In this document: positions 28,280 to 38,248 of the stretch, piece by piece
How the letters are laid out: every line of letters begins with the position of its first letter
How positions within the stretch are numbered: position 1 is the first letter of the stretch
Source: an uncultured Arcobacter sp.
GTDB taxonomy: Bacteria > Campylobacterota > Campylobacteria > Campylobacterales > Arcobacteraceae
Direction: 5' to 3'
Length of the DNA stretch: 64,000 bases
NCBI GenBank assembly: GCA_965140705.1
Contig: OZ223300.1
Span: 1,312,001-1,376,000, forward strand
Notes under the pieces: model-generated
Told to the model about the DNA's origin: nothing
The model's input: the letters and a program-made list of their open reading frames with translations, nothing else
The model's database searches: none
Position numbers and translations under genes: made by a program

Positions 28280-29270
28280 AACAATAACACTAGCACATGG
28301 TAATGGTGGGCAAGAGAATAATGAACTTATTACGGAAGTTTTTTATAAGGCTTTTAAAAATGATATTCTAAGTAAGAGTGAAGATGCTGCTGTTATTCAA
28401 GATGGAACATTGGTTTTTTCTACTGATTCTTTTACAGTTAGTCCCATAGAGTTTCCAGGAGCTAATATTGGTAAACTTGCTGTTTGTGGTACTTGTAATG
28501 ACTTGGCTATGATGGGTGCAAAACCTAAGTATCTTACTTGTTCTGTTATTCTTGAAGAGGGCTTTGATGTTGAAACTTTGAATAGAATAGTAAGTAGTAT
28601 GAAAAAAGAGCTTGAAGTAAATGGGGCTATTGTAGTAAGTGGAGATACAAAAGTTGTGCCAAAGGGTAGTGTTGATAAGATTTTTATAAATACAACTGGT
28701 ATTGGAGAGATAGAGCAAAAAGGTATCTCTTCTAATAGTATAGAAAAAGAGGATGTAATTATAGTATCTAATTCTATTGGAAAGCATGGAGCAACTATAT
28801 TTGCTGCTAGAGAGGGAATTGATTTTTCTACTAGTTTAGAATCAGATTGTGCTTCACTTTGGCCTGTTGTTAAAAAACTAATAGATTCAGGTATTAAAAT
28901 AAGAGCGCTAAGAGATGCAACAAGAGGTGGTGTTAGTGCTGTATTAAATGAGTGGGCAAAACAATCAAATATTTGCATAGAAATAGAAGAAGAAAAAATA
29001 CCTGTATGCGATGAGGTAAGTGGAATTTGTGAAATGTTAGGTTTTGAGGCTTTAAGTTTAGCAAATGAGGGTACTTTTGTAATGGCTATTTCAAAAGATC
29101 AAGTTGATAAAGCTTTAGAAGTTTTAAAATCATGTGAGACTTCAACTGAGGCAGCAGTAATTGGTAAAGTTACTTCAAAACATAATAAAAAAGTAATTCT
29201 AAATACTGCTTGGGGAACACAAAGGTTTATTGATTTACCAACGGGTGAGTTATTACCAAGAATCTGTTAA
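28272..29270 (+). CDS. hypE: HypE carbamoyl dehydratase
   Basis: AHGNGG, GDTKVV, RDATRGG, C-terminal PRIC. Confidence 0.97.
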   Translation: MTKTITLAHGNGGQENNELITEVFYKAFKNDILSKSEDAAVIQDGTLVFSTDSFTVSPIEFPGANIGKLAVCGTCNDLAMMGAKPKYLTCSVILEEGFDVETLNRIVSSMKKELEVNGAIVVSGDTKVVPKGSVDKIFINTTGIGEIEQKGISSNSIEKEDVIIVSNSIGKHGATIFAAREGIDFSTSLESDCASLWPVVKKLIDSGIKIRALRDATRGGVSAVLNEWAKQSNICIEIEEEKIPVCDEVSGICEMLGFEALSLANEGTFVMAISKDQVDKALEVLKSCETSTEAAVIGKVTSKHNKKVILNTAWGTQRFIDLPTGELLPRIC

Positions 29271-29383
29271 GTACAACTTGTTGTACTCTTTAGGGTTTGC
29301 TTCTTTAAAAGGAATTTATTTCCTTTGTTAAAAGAAGTTAAAAAATATATAGGTCCCTTTTTAAATGGGACATTTAAAAAGGA
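29270..29383 (+). other. Structured hypE-hypA intergenic element (several stem-loops)
   Basis: AGTACAA/TTGTACT, CTTCTTT..AAAGGAA/TTCCTTT..AAAGAAG, GTCCC/GGGAC, and CCTTTTTAAATG/CATTTAAAAAGG. Confidence 0.6.
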
Positions 29384-29390
29384 ATAAAAA

Positions 29391-29732
29391 TTGCATGAAT
29401 ATTCAATTGTTCAATCACTTTTAGAAAGTTGTGAAGAACATGCTAAGGCTAATAATGCTACAAAAGTAACTAAAGTAATAGTAAAAATAGGTGTTTTAAG
29501 TGGAGTTGAACCTGACTTACTTCAAACTGCTTTTGATACTTTTAAAGAAAAAACTATTTGTGATGCTTGTGAGTTTATTATCAATCACCAAAAGGTTGTC
29601 ATCGAATGTCTTGATTGTAAAGAGCAATCAACTTTAGAAAAAAATGAGTTTACTTGTCCCAAGTGTGATTCATATAAAACTAAAGTAATTGATGGAGAAG
29701 AGATGTATCTTATGACACTTGAAATGACTTAA
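29391..29732 (+). CDS. hypA: HypA nickel chaperone (TTG start)
   Basis: MHEYSI, CLDC...CPKC; AAGGA RBS. Confidence 0.96.
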   Translation: MHEYSIVQSLLESCEEHAKANNATKVTKVIVKIGVLSGVEPDLLQTAFDTFKEKTICDACEFIINHQKVVIECLDCKEQSTLEKNEFTCPKCDSYKTKVIDGEEMYLMTLEMT

Positions 29733-29830
29733 CTTAAAAACTAAAATTAATTATTGACTGTGAATAAAGATTAAAAATTAAAAGAATAATATAGAATATA
29801 ATATTACTAACCTTAGGATAAGGCATATTA

Positions 29831-31726
29831 ATGAAAAAGACAACACTAAAAGATATAATTTATAGGAACTATCTTAAAACAACTTTATCATCTATATTTT
29901 TTATTGAGTTAGTATTATTGATTTTATATTTTTATGCTAATAATAATATTTTAGAAAAAAGTAAAAAATTAGTTTTGAAAGATGTGAAACAAAGTGTTAA
30001 TGAAAGAGTTATGTTTATTAAAAAAGATATTAATAACTCTTTTAAAGATATAGAGACTAATTTAAAATATTTACAAAATGAACAACAAAACTTTTTTAAA
30101 GAAATCAATTATATAAAAGTTGATAATAATGTTGAATTTAAATATAGCCCAAGTGGTGCTTATTATAAAACTGTTGATAATGGAGGTTCTTCAGTTTTAG
30201 TTAAAAAAACGGCAAATCTTACAGATAAGTTAAAAACTGAACTAAATAAAACTGAATTATTAGATAATAATTTAAAAACAAGTGTTGTAAATAATGACTT
30301 AGTAGTAGCTGCATATTATAATTCAGGACAAAACTATTCAAGATATTACCCTTTTATTAAAAATGTGTGGAGTGTTATCCCAGATAATTCAAATATAGTA
30401 GATTATACTTTTTATTATAGTGCTGATTTAAAACATAATCCTCAAAAAAAAGTTGTTTGGACAGATGTATATTTAGATCCAGCAGGATTAGGTTGGATGA
30501 TAAGTGCAATTGTTCCAATTTATAAAGACAATACCTTAGAAGGTGTAACTGGATTTGATGTAACTATTAATAAAATAATAAAGAATTTTCTTGATTTTAA
30601 AATACCATATAATGGTTCAACTTTTTTAATTGATAAAGATTTGAATATTATAGCAATGGATAAAAATATAAAAAAAGAGTTTAAAATAAAAAATTTCAAT
30701 GAATATAAATATTCAAAGAATGAAAAGATATCACATACTATTTTTAGAAAAGGAAAAGATTCTTTATTATTTAAAAATAAGGAGTTACACAGTATTTTAG
30801 AAAATATTGTTTCTGGTAAAAATAATAAATATGAATTTAAAAATGGTGAGCAAAAATATTTTATTTTCCCAAGTAGTGTTGATAAACTACCTTGGTATAC
30901 TATTACTTTAGTTAAAGAATCTAATGTCTTAAAAGGTGTAGAAAACTTAAAAGAAGAATATATTCATTTGGGAATTTTAATTATAATTTTTATTGTTGTA
31001 TTTTATTTTTTATTTTTTATTTTTTTGTATAAAAGAGCAAATGATTTTGTTTTATTAATAAATACTCCAATTTTAAAAATAATTAATATGACAAAAATAC
31101 TTGGAAGCAAAAAAAATGAAATATCTCTAAAAGATTGCGGAATTATCGAAATTGATAAGTTAAGTGAAAATTTTAATAATCTTGCAAAAGAGTTAAATAT
31201 AAGAACAAAAGAGTTAATAAATGCAGAAGCTAGTAGGGCTTTCCACGAGAAATTATCAAATACAGATGCTTTGACAAAGGTTTATAATAGAAGGTTTTTA
31301 GAAGATTTCTCAAAAAAATATTTTGAAATAATCAAAAGAGAAAAAAATACTTTATCTATTTTAATAGTTGATATTGATAATTTTAAAACTATAAATGATA
31401 GTTATGGACATGAAGCAGGTGATGAAGTATTATTAAAACTAGTAGAAATTATGCAAAGTAAAATTAGAGAAAACGATTTTGTTGTAAGACTTGGTGGAGA
31501 TGAATTTTTAGTTCTTTTACCAAATTCTGATATAAAAGGAGCACAAACAGTAGCGGAAAAACTGATAAAATCTATATGTGAAGCTAAGAGTAATTACAAA
31601 CGATTTACAGTAAGTATTGGTAGTGCTGAATTTAATTTAGAAGATAAAGATATAAATTGTTTAATAAGAAGAGCAGATGAAGAGCTTTATAAAGCTAAAA
31701 AAGCAGGAAAAAATCAATTATCTTAA
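29831..31726 (+). CDS. Diguanylate cyclase with periplasmic Cache-type sensor
   Basis: TM-sensor (WTDVYLDPAG)-TM-GGDEF with RxxD I-site (REND). Confidence 0.9.
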   Translation: MKKTTLKDIIYRNYLKTTLSSIFFIELVLLILYFYANNNILEKSKKLVLKDVKQSVNERVMFIKKDINNSFKDIETNLKYLQNEQQNFFKEINYIKVDNNVEFKYSPSGAYYKTVDNGGSSVLVKKTANLTDKLKTELNKTELLDNNLKTSVVNNDLVVAAYYNSGQNYSRYYPFIKNVWSVIPDNSNIVDYTFYYSADLKHNPQKKVVWTDVYLDPAGLGWMISAIVPIYKDNTLEGVTGFDVTINKIIKNFLDFKIPYNGSTFLIDKDLNIIAMDKNIKKEFKIKNFNEYKYSKNEKISHTIFRKGKDSLLFKNKELHSILENIVSGKNNKYEFKNGEQKYFIFPSSVDKLPWYTITLVKESNVLKGVENLKEEYIHLGILIIIFIVVFYFLFFIFLYKRANDFVLLINTPILKIINMTKILGSKKNEISLKDCGIIEIDKLSENFNNLAKELNIRTKELINAEASRAFHEKLSNTDALTKVYNRRFLEDFSKKYFEIIKREKNTLSILIVDIDNFKTINDSYGHEAGDEVLLKLVEIMQSKIRENDFVVRLGGDEFLVLLPNSDIKGAQTVAEKLIKSICEAKSNYKRFTVSIGSAEFNLEDKDINCLIRRADEELYKAKKAGKNQLS

Positions 31727-31802
31727 AAATTTTAATTCTATATATTTATATCTTTAAACTATAATATAGTATAGTTATCAATTAAAAAAATGGGAGAGTA
31801 AT

Positions 31803-32930
31803 ATGAATATATCGAAAAAAATTTTAGGACTTAGTGTTGCTACACTTTTATCTTGTAGTTCACTTTTAAGTGCAAAAGAGATAAAAATAGGTGCTGTTAT
31901 GCCTATGTCTGGTCCACTTGCAGCTTATGGTCAAGTTACAGATCTTGGTGTTAAATTGGCGCATAAATTACAACCTAAATTAAAAAATGGTGATACTATA
32001 AAAATAGTATTATTGGATAATAAAGGTGACAAAGTAGAAACTGCAAATGCTACTACAAGATTAATTTCATCTGATAAAGTAGTTGCTATTTTAGGTGCTT
32101 TAACTTCTACTAATACTGCACAAACAATTGCTATTGCTGATAAAAAGAAAGTTCCAGTTATTGCAGCAGTTGCAACAAATGATAAATTAACTGCAAAAAG
32201 AGAATTTGCAAATAGAGTTTGTTTTACTGACTCTTTTCAAGGTGAAGTTGTTGCGAACTATGCAATATCACAAGGGTATAAAACTGCTGTTGTAGTTGTG
32301 GATCAAGCACAAGTTTATTCTCTAGGTCTTTCAAAAGCTTTCCAACATGCCTTTAAAGCAAAAGGTGGAAAAATTGTTAAAAAAATCAAAATCACTTCAG
32401 GTGATAAAGATTTTAAAGCTGTAGTTTCTCAAATCAAACAAATAAATCCAGACTTTATGTTTTTACCATTATATCATCCAGAAGCTTCTATGATTGCTAG
32501 ACAATCTAAACAATTAGGATTAAATAAACCAATGTTTAGTGGAGATGGTGTTGCAAATCAAACATTTATTGACTTAGGTGGAGATGCTGTAGAGGGTTAT
32601 ATGTTTACAGATTTCTTTGATTATGCAAATCCTCCATCAAAAACTTCAGCAAACTTTGTAGCTTTCCATACAAAAGAGACTGGTGAAAAAGAGATGAATT
32701 CATTCACTGCTTTAGGTGCTGATACATATAATGTTTTAATTGCTGCAATGAATAGATGTGAAGATCCTACAAATTCTATTTGCATTAACAATGAAATTAA
32801 AAAAACAACTAACTTTGATGGTGTATCTGGAAATATTACAATTGACAAAAATGGTAATGCAACAAGATCTGCTGTTATTAAAGAGATTAAAAATGGAAAA
32901 GCTGTATTTAAAGCAACAGTAAATCCATAA
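31803..32930 (+). CDS. livK: Branched-chain amino acid ABC transporter substrate-binding protein
   Basis: IGAVMPMSG, RVCFTDSFQG; first gene of the liv cluster. Confidence 0.88.
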   Translation: MNISKKILGLSVATLLSCSSLLSAKEIKIGAVMPMSGPLAAYGQVTDLGVKLAHKLQPKLKNGDTIKIVLLDNKGDKVETANATTRLISSDKVVAILGALTSTNTAQTIAIADKKKVPVIAAVATNDKLTAKREFANRVCFTDSFQGEVVANYAISQGYKTAVVVVDQAQVYSLGLSKAFQHAFKAKGGKIVKKIKITSGDKDFKAVVSQIKQINPDFMFLPLYHPEASMIARQSKQLGLNKPMFSGDGVANQTFIDLGGDAVEGYMFTDFFDYANPPSKTSANFVAFHTKETGEKEMNSFTALGADTYNVLIAAMNRCEDPTNSICINNEIKKTTNFDGVSGNITIDKNGNATRSAVIKEIKNGKAVFKATVNP

Positions 32931-32951
32931 TAAAAATAAAAAACAAAATTA

Positions 32952-32985
32952 AAAAAAAGTTTAGTCTTATGGCTAAACTTTTTTT
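32952..32985 (+). terminator. Intrinsic terminator after livK
   Basis: AAAAAAAGTTTAGTC-ttat-GGCTAAACTTTTTTT. Confidence 0.75.
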
Positions 32986-33056
32986 GTAATAGTAAAATTA
33001 ATTTGTGTTATTTTTATTATTGCAAAAAAAAGTATTAATATGAATTGGGAGATTTA

Positions 33057-33953
33057 ATGGATATATTAACGTTTATGCAGCAGATGGTAAACGGTTTTAG
33101 TTTGGGTAGTATGTATGCCCTTATTGCGATTGGTTATACGATGGTTTATGGTGTGTTAAGATTGATAAATTTTGCACATGGTGATATTATGATGGTGGGA
33201 GCTTTTTTAGCATATACTTTTATGGCAGTATTTAATTTGCCTTTTCCTCTTACTGTACTTTTAGCAGTTACTTTATCTGCTGTACTTGGAATGTTAATGG
33301 ACAAAATTGCATACAAACCATTAAGGGAAGCTCCAAAAATATCTTTACTTATTACCGCTATTGGGATATCTTTCTTTTTAGAAAATGCATTTACTGTATT
33401 TGTTGGTGGAGTTCCTAGAGCTTTCCCAGTTCCTTCTTATATGGAACAAATATTTACAGTAGCTAATGTTACTTTTTCAGTTTCTTCTATTACTGTGCCT
33501 CTTGTAACGTTGGTTTTACTTTTAGGAATTTTATTTGTTTTATATAAAACAAAATATGGTATGGCAATTAGAGCCTTGTCTTTTGATATCAAAACAGTAA
33601 ATTTAATGGGAGTTGATGCAAATATGATTATATCATTGGTATTTGCATTAGGTTCTGCTTTAGCTGCTGTTGGTGGAATATTTTGGGCTGTTAATTACCC
33701 TTCTGTTGAACCTATGATGGGAGTTTTAGTTGGATTAAAAGCTTTTGCTGCTGCAGTTGTTGGTGGTATTGGTTCTGTTACAGGTGCTGTAGTAGGTGGT
33801 TTTATTATTGGATTTACAGAAGTTGTAGTAATCGCTTTCTTCCCTGAGATGGGTGGATATAAAGATGCTTTTGCTTTTGTATTTTTAATACTAGTACTAT
33901 TATTTAAACCTACTGGTATTATGGGTGAAGATTTAGAAAAGAGTAGGTTTTAA
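33057..33953 (+). CDS. livH: BCAA ABC permease LivH
   Basis: YALIAIGYTMVYG, INFAHG. Confidence 0.93.
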   Translation: MDILTFMQQMVNGFSLGSMYALIAIGYTMVYGVLRLINFAHGDIMMVGAFLAYTFMAVFNLPFPLTVLLAVTLSAVLGMLMDKIAYKPLREAPKISLLITAIGISFFLENAFTVFVGGVPRAFPVPSYMEQIFTVANVTFSVSSITVPLVTLVLLLGILFVLYKTKYGMAIRALSFDIKTVNLMGVDANMIISLVFALGSALAAVGGIFWAVNYPSVEPMMGVLVGLKAFAAAVVGGIGSVTGAVVGGFIIGFTEVVVIAFFPEMGGYKDAFAFVFLILVLLFKPTGIMGEDLEKSRF

Positions 33954-33955
33954 TT

Positions 33956-34996
33956 ATGATAAGAGATTCAATTTTTACAAAACAAAGAATAATTAATCTA
34001 GGTATTATCATTACTGCTATTTGGTTTACATGGTTTGCTCAACAAGTTTTTGATGAATATACAGTACGAATTATAAATAATGTTGCTATTTTTATTATTC
34101 TAGCAGTTTCTTATAACCTAATAAATGGGGTTACAGGTCAGTTTTCACTAGAGCCAAATGGGTTTGTTGCAATTGGTGCTTATGTTACGGCTATATTATT
34201 AGTTGATAAAGAAGGTATGTTATATCAATATGATATTTCAGATCCATATCCTTGGGTTTTAGCTTTACAGACTAACTTTTTCTGGGCTTTAATTTTATCA
34301 GGTATTATTTCATCACTTTTAGCTCTATCTTTATCTTTTCCTGTATTTAGAGTAAGGGGTGATTATCTTGCAATTGTTACTCTTGGATTTGGGTTTATTA
34401 TTAGAATTTTAGCTATTAATTCACCAGAGATTACAAATGGTTCTTTAGGTATAAATGATATTCCCCAATTTTCAAATCTATATTGGACAGGTGGAATTGC
34501 AATATTTGCAGTTCTAGCAATCTTAAATATTATTTACTCAAAATATGGGCGAGCTATGAAAGCAGTTCGAGATGATGAAGATGCAGCGAGTGCTATGGGT
34601 ATTAATACTTTTAAAATAAAAACATTGGCTTTTACTACATCAGCATTTTTTGAAGGTGTTGGTGGTGGATTATTAGCAGCACTTTTAACATCAATCAGTC
34701 CAGACTTATTTACTTTCTTCTTTACTTTCCAATTATTAATAATTATCGTAATAGGTGGACTTGGAAGTACTACAGGTGCAATAATTGGTACAGTCATGGT
34801 TATGGCTGGATTAGAATGGATGAGATTCTTAGATGAACCAATTAATTTTATGGGAATACATACAGATGGATTACCAGGGATGAGAATGGTTGTATTTGCT
34901 TTAATTTTAATTGTTGTAATGCTTTTTGCAAGAGAAGGTTTAATGGGAAAAAAAGAGTTAAAAGATTTATTTAAAAAGAAAAAGGCAAACAAATGA
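33956..34996 (+). CDS. livM: BCAA ABC permease LivM
   Basis: RVRGDYLAIVTLGFG. Confidence 0.93.
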   Translation: MIRDSIFTKQRIINLGIIITAIWFTWFAQQVFDEYTVRIINNVAIFIILAVSYNLINGVTGQFSLEPNGFVAIGAYVTAILLVDKEGMLYQYDISDPYPWVLALQTNFFWALILSGIISSLLALSLSFPVFRVRGDYLAIVTLGFGFIIRILAINSPEITNGSLGINDIPQFSNLYWTGGIAIFAVLAILNIIYSKYGRAMKAVRDDEDAASAMGINTFKIKTLAFTTSAFFEGVGGGLLAALLTSISPDLFTFFFTFQLLIIIVIGGLGSTTGAIIGTVMVMAGLEWMRFLDEPINFMGIHTDGLPGMRMVVFALILIVVMLFAREGLMGKKELKDLFKKKKANK

Positions 34997-35760
34997 TTTT
35001 AGAAGTTTGCAATGTAACTAAAAACTTTGGTGGAGTAACTGCCATAAAAGATACTTCATTTCAAGTAAAAGCAAAAGAGATTTACGGTCTTATTGGACCA
35101 AATGGTGCTGGTAAAACAACAATGTTTAATATTATTACAGGAAATTATGAACCAACATATGGTGATATAAAATTTCATGGTCAAAAAATAAATGGAATAA
35201 AGCCTTATAAAATAGTTCATAGAGGGATAGCAAGAACTTTTCAAAATATTAGACTTTTTACTTCAATGACAGTTTTAGATAATATTCTTATTGGTTTTGA
35301 TTATCAAGCTTCATATTCATATTTGGAAACAATTTTTAGATTGCCAAGATTTTTTAAAGAAGAAAAAAGAGTAAAACAAAGAGCTTTTGAGATAATGGAA
35401 GTATTGGGAATCGCTGATTATGCAGATGAATTGGCAACATCACTTTCTTATGGGCAGCAAAGAAAAGTTGAAATTGCAAGAGCTTTAGCTGCAAATCCCC
35501 AGTTACTTTTATTAGATGAACCAGCAGCAGGAATGAATCCTCAAGAAACACATGAATTAGCTGAACTATTTTTTAAAATAAGAGATCAATTTGATATTAC
35601 TATTTTATTAATAGAACATGATATGAAATTTGTAAATCATTTATGTGATAGGGTTATGGTATTAGATTATGGTAAAACTATATTTGAAGGTAAAATAGAA
35701 GATGCTATCAAAGATGAAGAAGTAATTAAGGCTTATTTAGGAGATTTCAAACATGCTTAA
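34993..35760 (+). CDS. livG: BCAA ABC ATPase LivG
   Basis: GPNGAGKTT, RTFQNIRLF, DEPAAG. Confidence 0.94.
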   Translation: MILEVCNVTKNFGGVTAIKDTSFQVKAKEIYGLIGPNGAGKTTMFNIITGNYEPTYGDIKFHGQKINGIKPYKIVHRGIARTFQNIRLFTSMTVLDNILIGFDYQASYSYLETIFRLPRFFKEEKRVKQRAFEIMEVLGIADYADELATSLSYGQQRKVEIARALAANPQLLLLDEPAAGMNPQETHELAELFFKIRDQFDITILLIEHDMKFVNHLCDRVMVLDYGKTIFEGKIEDAIKDEEVIKAYLGDFKHA

Positions 35761-36451
35761 AGTAAAAAATTTAGAAGTCTTTTATGGTCTTATTAAAGGT
35801 GTAAAAGGTATTGATTTTGAAGTTCAAAAGGGAAAAATTGTCTCTTTGATTGGTTCAAATGGTGCAGGTAAAACTTCAACTTTACAATCGATTGTTAATG
35901 ATGTTAAAAAAACTGGGAGTATTTTTTTTAATGATTTAGATATCTCAAAACTTCCAACATATAAAATAATTCAAAAGGGAATCTCTTTAGTTCCTGAAGG
36001 GCGAAGGGTATTTCAAAATCTTACTATTGAAGAAAATATGAGAATGGGAGCTTTTAATCAAAGTGAAAGTTTTTATGAAGAATATCAAGAAAAAATGTTT
36101 AAATTATTTCCAAGACTAATTGATAAAAAGGGTCAATTAGGTGGTACTATGAGTGGTGGAGAACAACAAATGCTAGCAATTGCTAGAGCTTTGATGAGTT
36201 CACCAAAACTTCTTATGTTAGATGAACCATCACTAGGTCTTGCTCCAAAAATTATTGGAGAACTTTTTGAAACAATTATTAAACTAAAAGAAAATGGTAT
36301 TACAATATTATTAGTGGAACAAAATGCATATGCAGCTTTAGAAATTTCTGATTATAGTTATGTTTTAGAAAATGGAGAAGTTGCACTAGAAGGTATTGGA
36401 AGTGAACTTTTAAAATCAAATGACATCAAAGCAAAATACTTAGGCGCTTAA
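35753..36451 (+). CDS. livF: BCAA ABC ATPase LivF
   Basis: GSNGAGKT, VPEGRRVF, SGGEQQM, DEPSLGLAP. Confidence 0.94.
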   Translation: MLKVKNLEVFYGLIKGVKGIDFEVQKGKIVSLIGSNGAGKTSTLQSIVNDVKKTGSIFFNDLDISKLPTYKIIQKGISLVPEGRRVFQNLTIEENMRMGAFNQSESFYEEYQEKMFKLFPRLIDKKGQLGGTMSGGEQQMLAIARALMSSPKLLMLDEPSLGLAPKIIGELFETIIKLKENGITILLVEQNAYAALEISDYSYVLENGEVALEGIGSELLKSNDIKAKYLGA

Positions 36452-36527
36452 AATATCTTTACTGTTTACTGTTGATTAATGGTTAAATAGTAAAGTGTGT
36501 TATATTAAAAATCGGGGAAAATAATAT

Positions 36528-36929
36528 ATGTTATTAATGAAACTAGAGACTAAAGAAAAGTTTGCTTTTTTACAGTTGGCTCAACATCTAGCAAGGGTAG
36601 ATGGGGAATATGGTAATCGAGAACAAGATGTTATAGATGAATATTGCGTTGAGATGGGAATTGATAAACCAAGATTCTTCAACGAAGCTGATTTCAATTT
36701 AGATGAAATACTTTGTTCTTTTAAATCAACAAAAAGTAAAAAAATTGTTATTTTAGAACTTATGATTTTAGTTCATATTGACGATAAATTTGATAAAAAA
36801 GAGCATGAATTGACTAAAAAAATAGTTGATTCTTTTAAAATCAATGATAAAGATTTAAAATATTTCTCTTTTTGGGGAAAAGCAGTTTCTTCTTTATACG
36901 AACAAGGTAAACTTTTTATAGAAGATTAA
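36528..36929 (+). CDS. TerB-like protein
   Basis: Duplicated ARVDG..E / HIDD..E helical pattern. Confidence 0.6.
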   Translation: MLLMKLETKEKFAFLQLAQHLARVDGEYGNREQDVIDEYCVEMGIDKPRFFNEADFNLDEILCSFKSTKSKKIVILELMILVHIDDKFDKKEHELTKKIVDSFKINDKDLKYFSFWGKAVSSLYEQGKLFIED

Positions 36930-37297
36930 TAGATTTTTTTTGTATAGATCTGAAATAGGTGACTATTTGGATCTATAAAAAACACTTCCTTTTTAGAAGA
37001 ACTTTCTCTTATCTTCTTGTTATTTAAATCATTTATATTATCTCCAAATAATAATTTTTCTTTTTTTAAATTTATAATTAATTGATTAAAAGATATATCA
37101 TCTACTTCAAATACATAATGATTATTTGTATACTCTTCTGTCTCTTCTAATTCAAATTTTAATTTTTCATTTACAGTAACAATAATATTTTTATTTTCTG
37201 CCTTTGTAGATTTAAAATCAAAGATTCTTCTGTAAAAATTTTTAGCAATTATAGCATCTATACAAGGAACAATAAAATGTACAAGATTGATATTCAT
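36926..37297 (-). CDS. VOC/glyoxalase-family protein
   Basis: HFIV...FYRRIF...HYVF...FIDPNSHLFQI. Confidence 0.75.
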   Translation of the reverse strand: MNINLVHFIVPCIDAIIAKNFYRRIFDFKSTKAENKNIIVTVNEKLKFELEETEEYTNNHYVFEVDDISFNQLIINLKKEKLLFGDNINDLNNKKIRESSSKKEVFFIDPNSHLFQIYTKKIY

Positions 37298-37384
37298 GAC
37301 TCAAGCCTTAGTTATTTCTTTACTATTATACATTATATGTATAAAATTTATTGTAATAGTTATAAAATTTAGATAAAATCACGC

Positions 37385-37585
37385 ATGGAAATAACTGAAA
37401 TACTTAATACACAAATAGATAAACTATTAGAAGATTATGAATTATTAAAATCTAAAAATCAATATCTTACAATAGAACTTGAAAAATTAAAAAATAAAAA
37501 TGATGAATTAATTAGAAATAATCAAGATATGCTTTTAAAAATTGACAGTACTTTAACTTTAACAAAGGCAAAGAATGGAGAATAA
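37385..37585 (+). CDS. Small coiled-coil protein, ZapB-like
   Basis: Heptad-repeat 66-aa ORF. Confidence 0.5.
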   Translation: MEITEILNTQIDKLLEDYELLKSKNQYLTIELEKLKNKNDELIRNNQDMLLKIDSTLTLTKAKNGE

Positions 37586-37790
37586 AAAACTAACCTTTCA
37601 CATTGATAATATGGCATATAGTATTAATGTAGACCCAAAACTAGAGATGGAATTAACAAAATTTCTATCCCCTGATAGATCTCATACAACAAAAGAACTT
37701 TTATACGCTTACCTTTGTAAATCTCAAGAACATTTTACTTTTAAAGAAGAAGTAGAAAAAATTTCAAGCAAACTACCAAAACTTTCATGA
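37575..37790 (+). CDS. Small hypothetical protein, possibly ZapA-like
   Basis: Beta-hairpin-like N-terminus (LTFHIDNMAYSINV) then helices; coupled to the preceding ORF. Confidence 0.45.
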   Translation: MENKKLTFHIDNMAYSINVDPKLEMELTKFLSPDRSHTTKELLYAYLCKSQEHFTFKEEVEKISSKLPKLS

Positions 37791-38248
37791 AAAATGCTTT
37801 TTCTCTATTAGAAATTATTGTTGTTGTTCTAATAGTTGGATTACTAGGTACATTTGCTATTAATAAATTTTTTTATTCAATAGATAAATCAAATAAACTA
37901 AAAATAAAATCAGAAGTTGCACTTATAAATAATGCAATAAATAGAGTATATTCAGATCAAGTTTTATTAGGTAATTCTACTTTTACCTTAGATAGATTAG
38001 ATGATGCTTCGATAAATACAGCTGGTGATTCCTTATTTATAGGTTACAATGAATATATTCTATTAGATGTTGTAATTATTTCAACTTCTGAAGATAAAAA
38101 AGAACTTGCAAAATGGATAAAAACTTCAGATACAAGTTATAAAACATATCTTTCAAAAGATGTATCTATAACTTTTGAGTTTGATAAAAATAAAGGTACT
38201 TTTGCTTGTAAAAAGAGCAATAAAGTCTGTAAAGAGCTTATGCTATGA
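37787..38248 (+). CDS. Prepilin-type (pseudopilin-like) protein
   Basis: KNAFSLLEIIVV N-terminal methylation motif. Confidence 0.85.
   Translation: MKNAFSLLEIIVVVLIVGLLGTFAINKFFYSIDKSNKLKIKSEVALINNAINRVYSDQVLLGNSTFTLDRLDDASINTAGDSLFIGYNEYILLDVVIISTSEDKKELAKWIKTSDTSYKTYLSKDVSITFEFDKNKGTFACKKSNKVCKELML

Noticed and set aside
28368..28978. 139-aa and 193-aa minus-strand ORFs
   Set aside because: Antisense to hypE, with no recognisable motifs.
34534..34992. 152-aa minus-strand ORF
   Set aside because: Antisense to livM, with composition typical of a shadow ORF.
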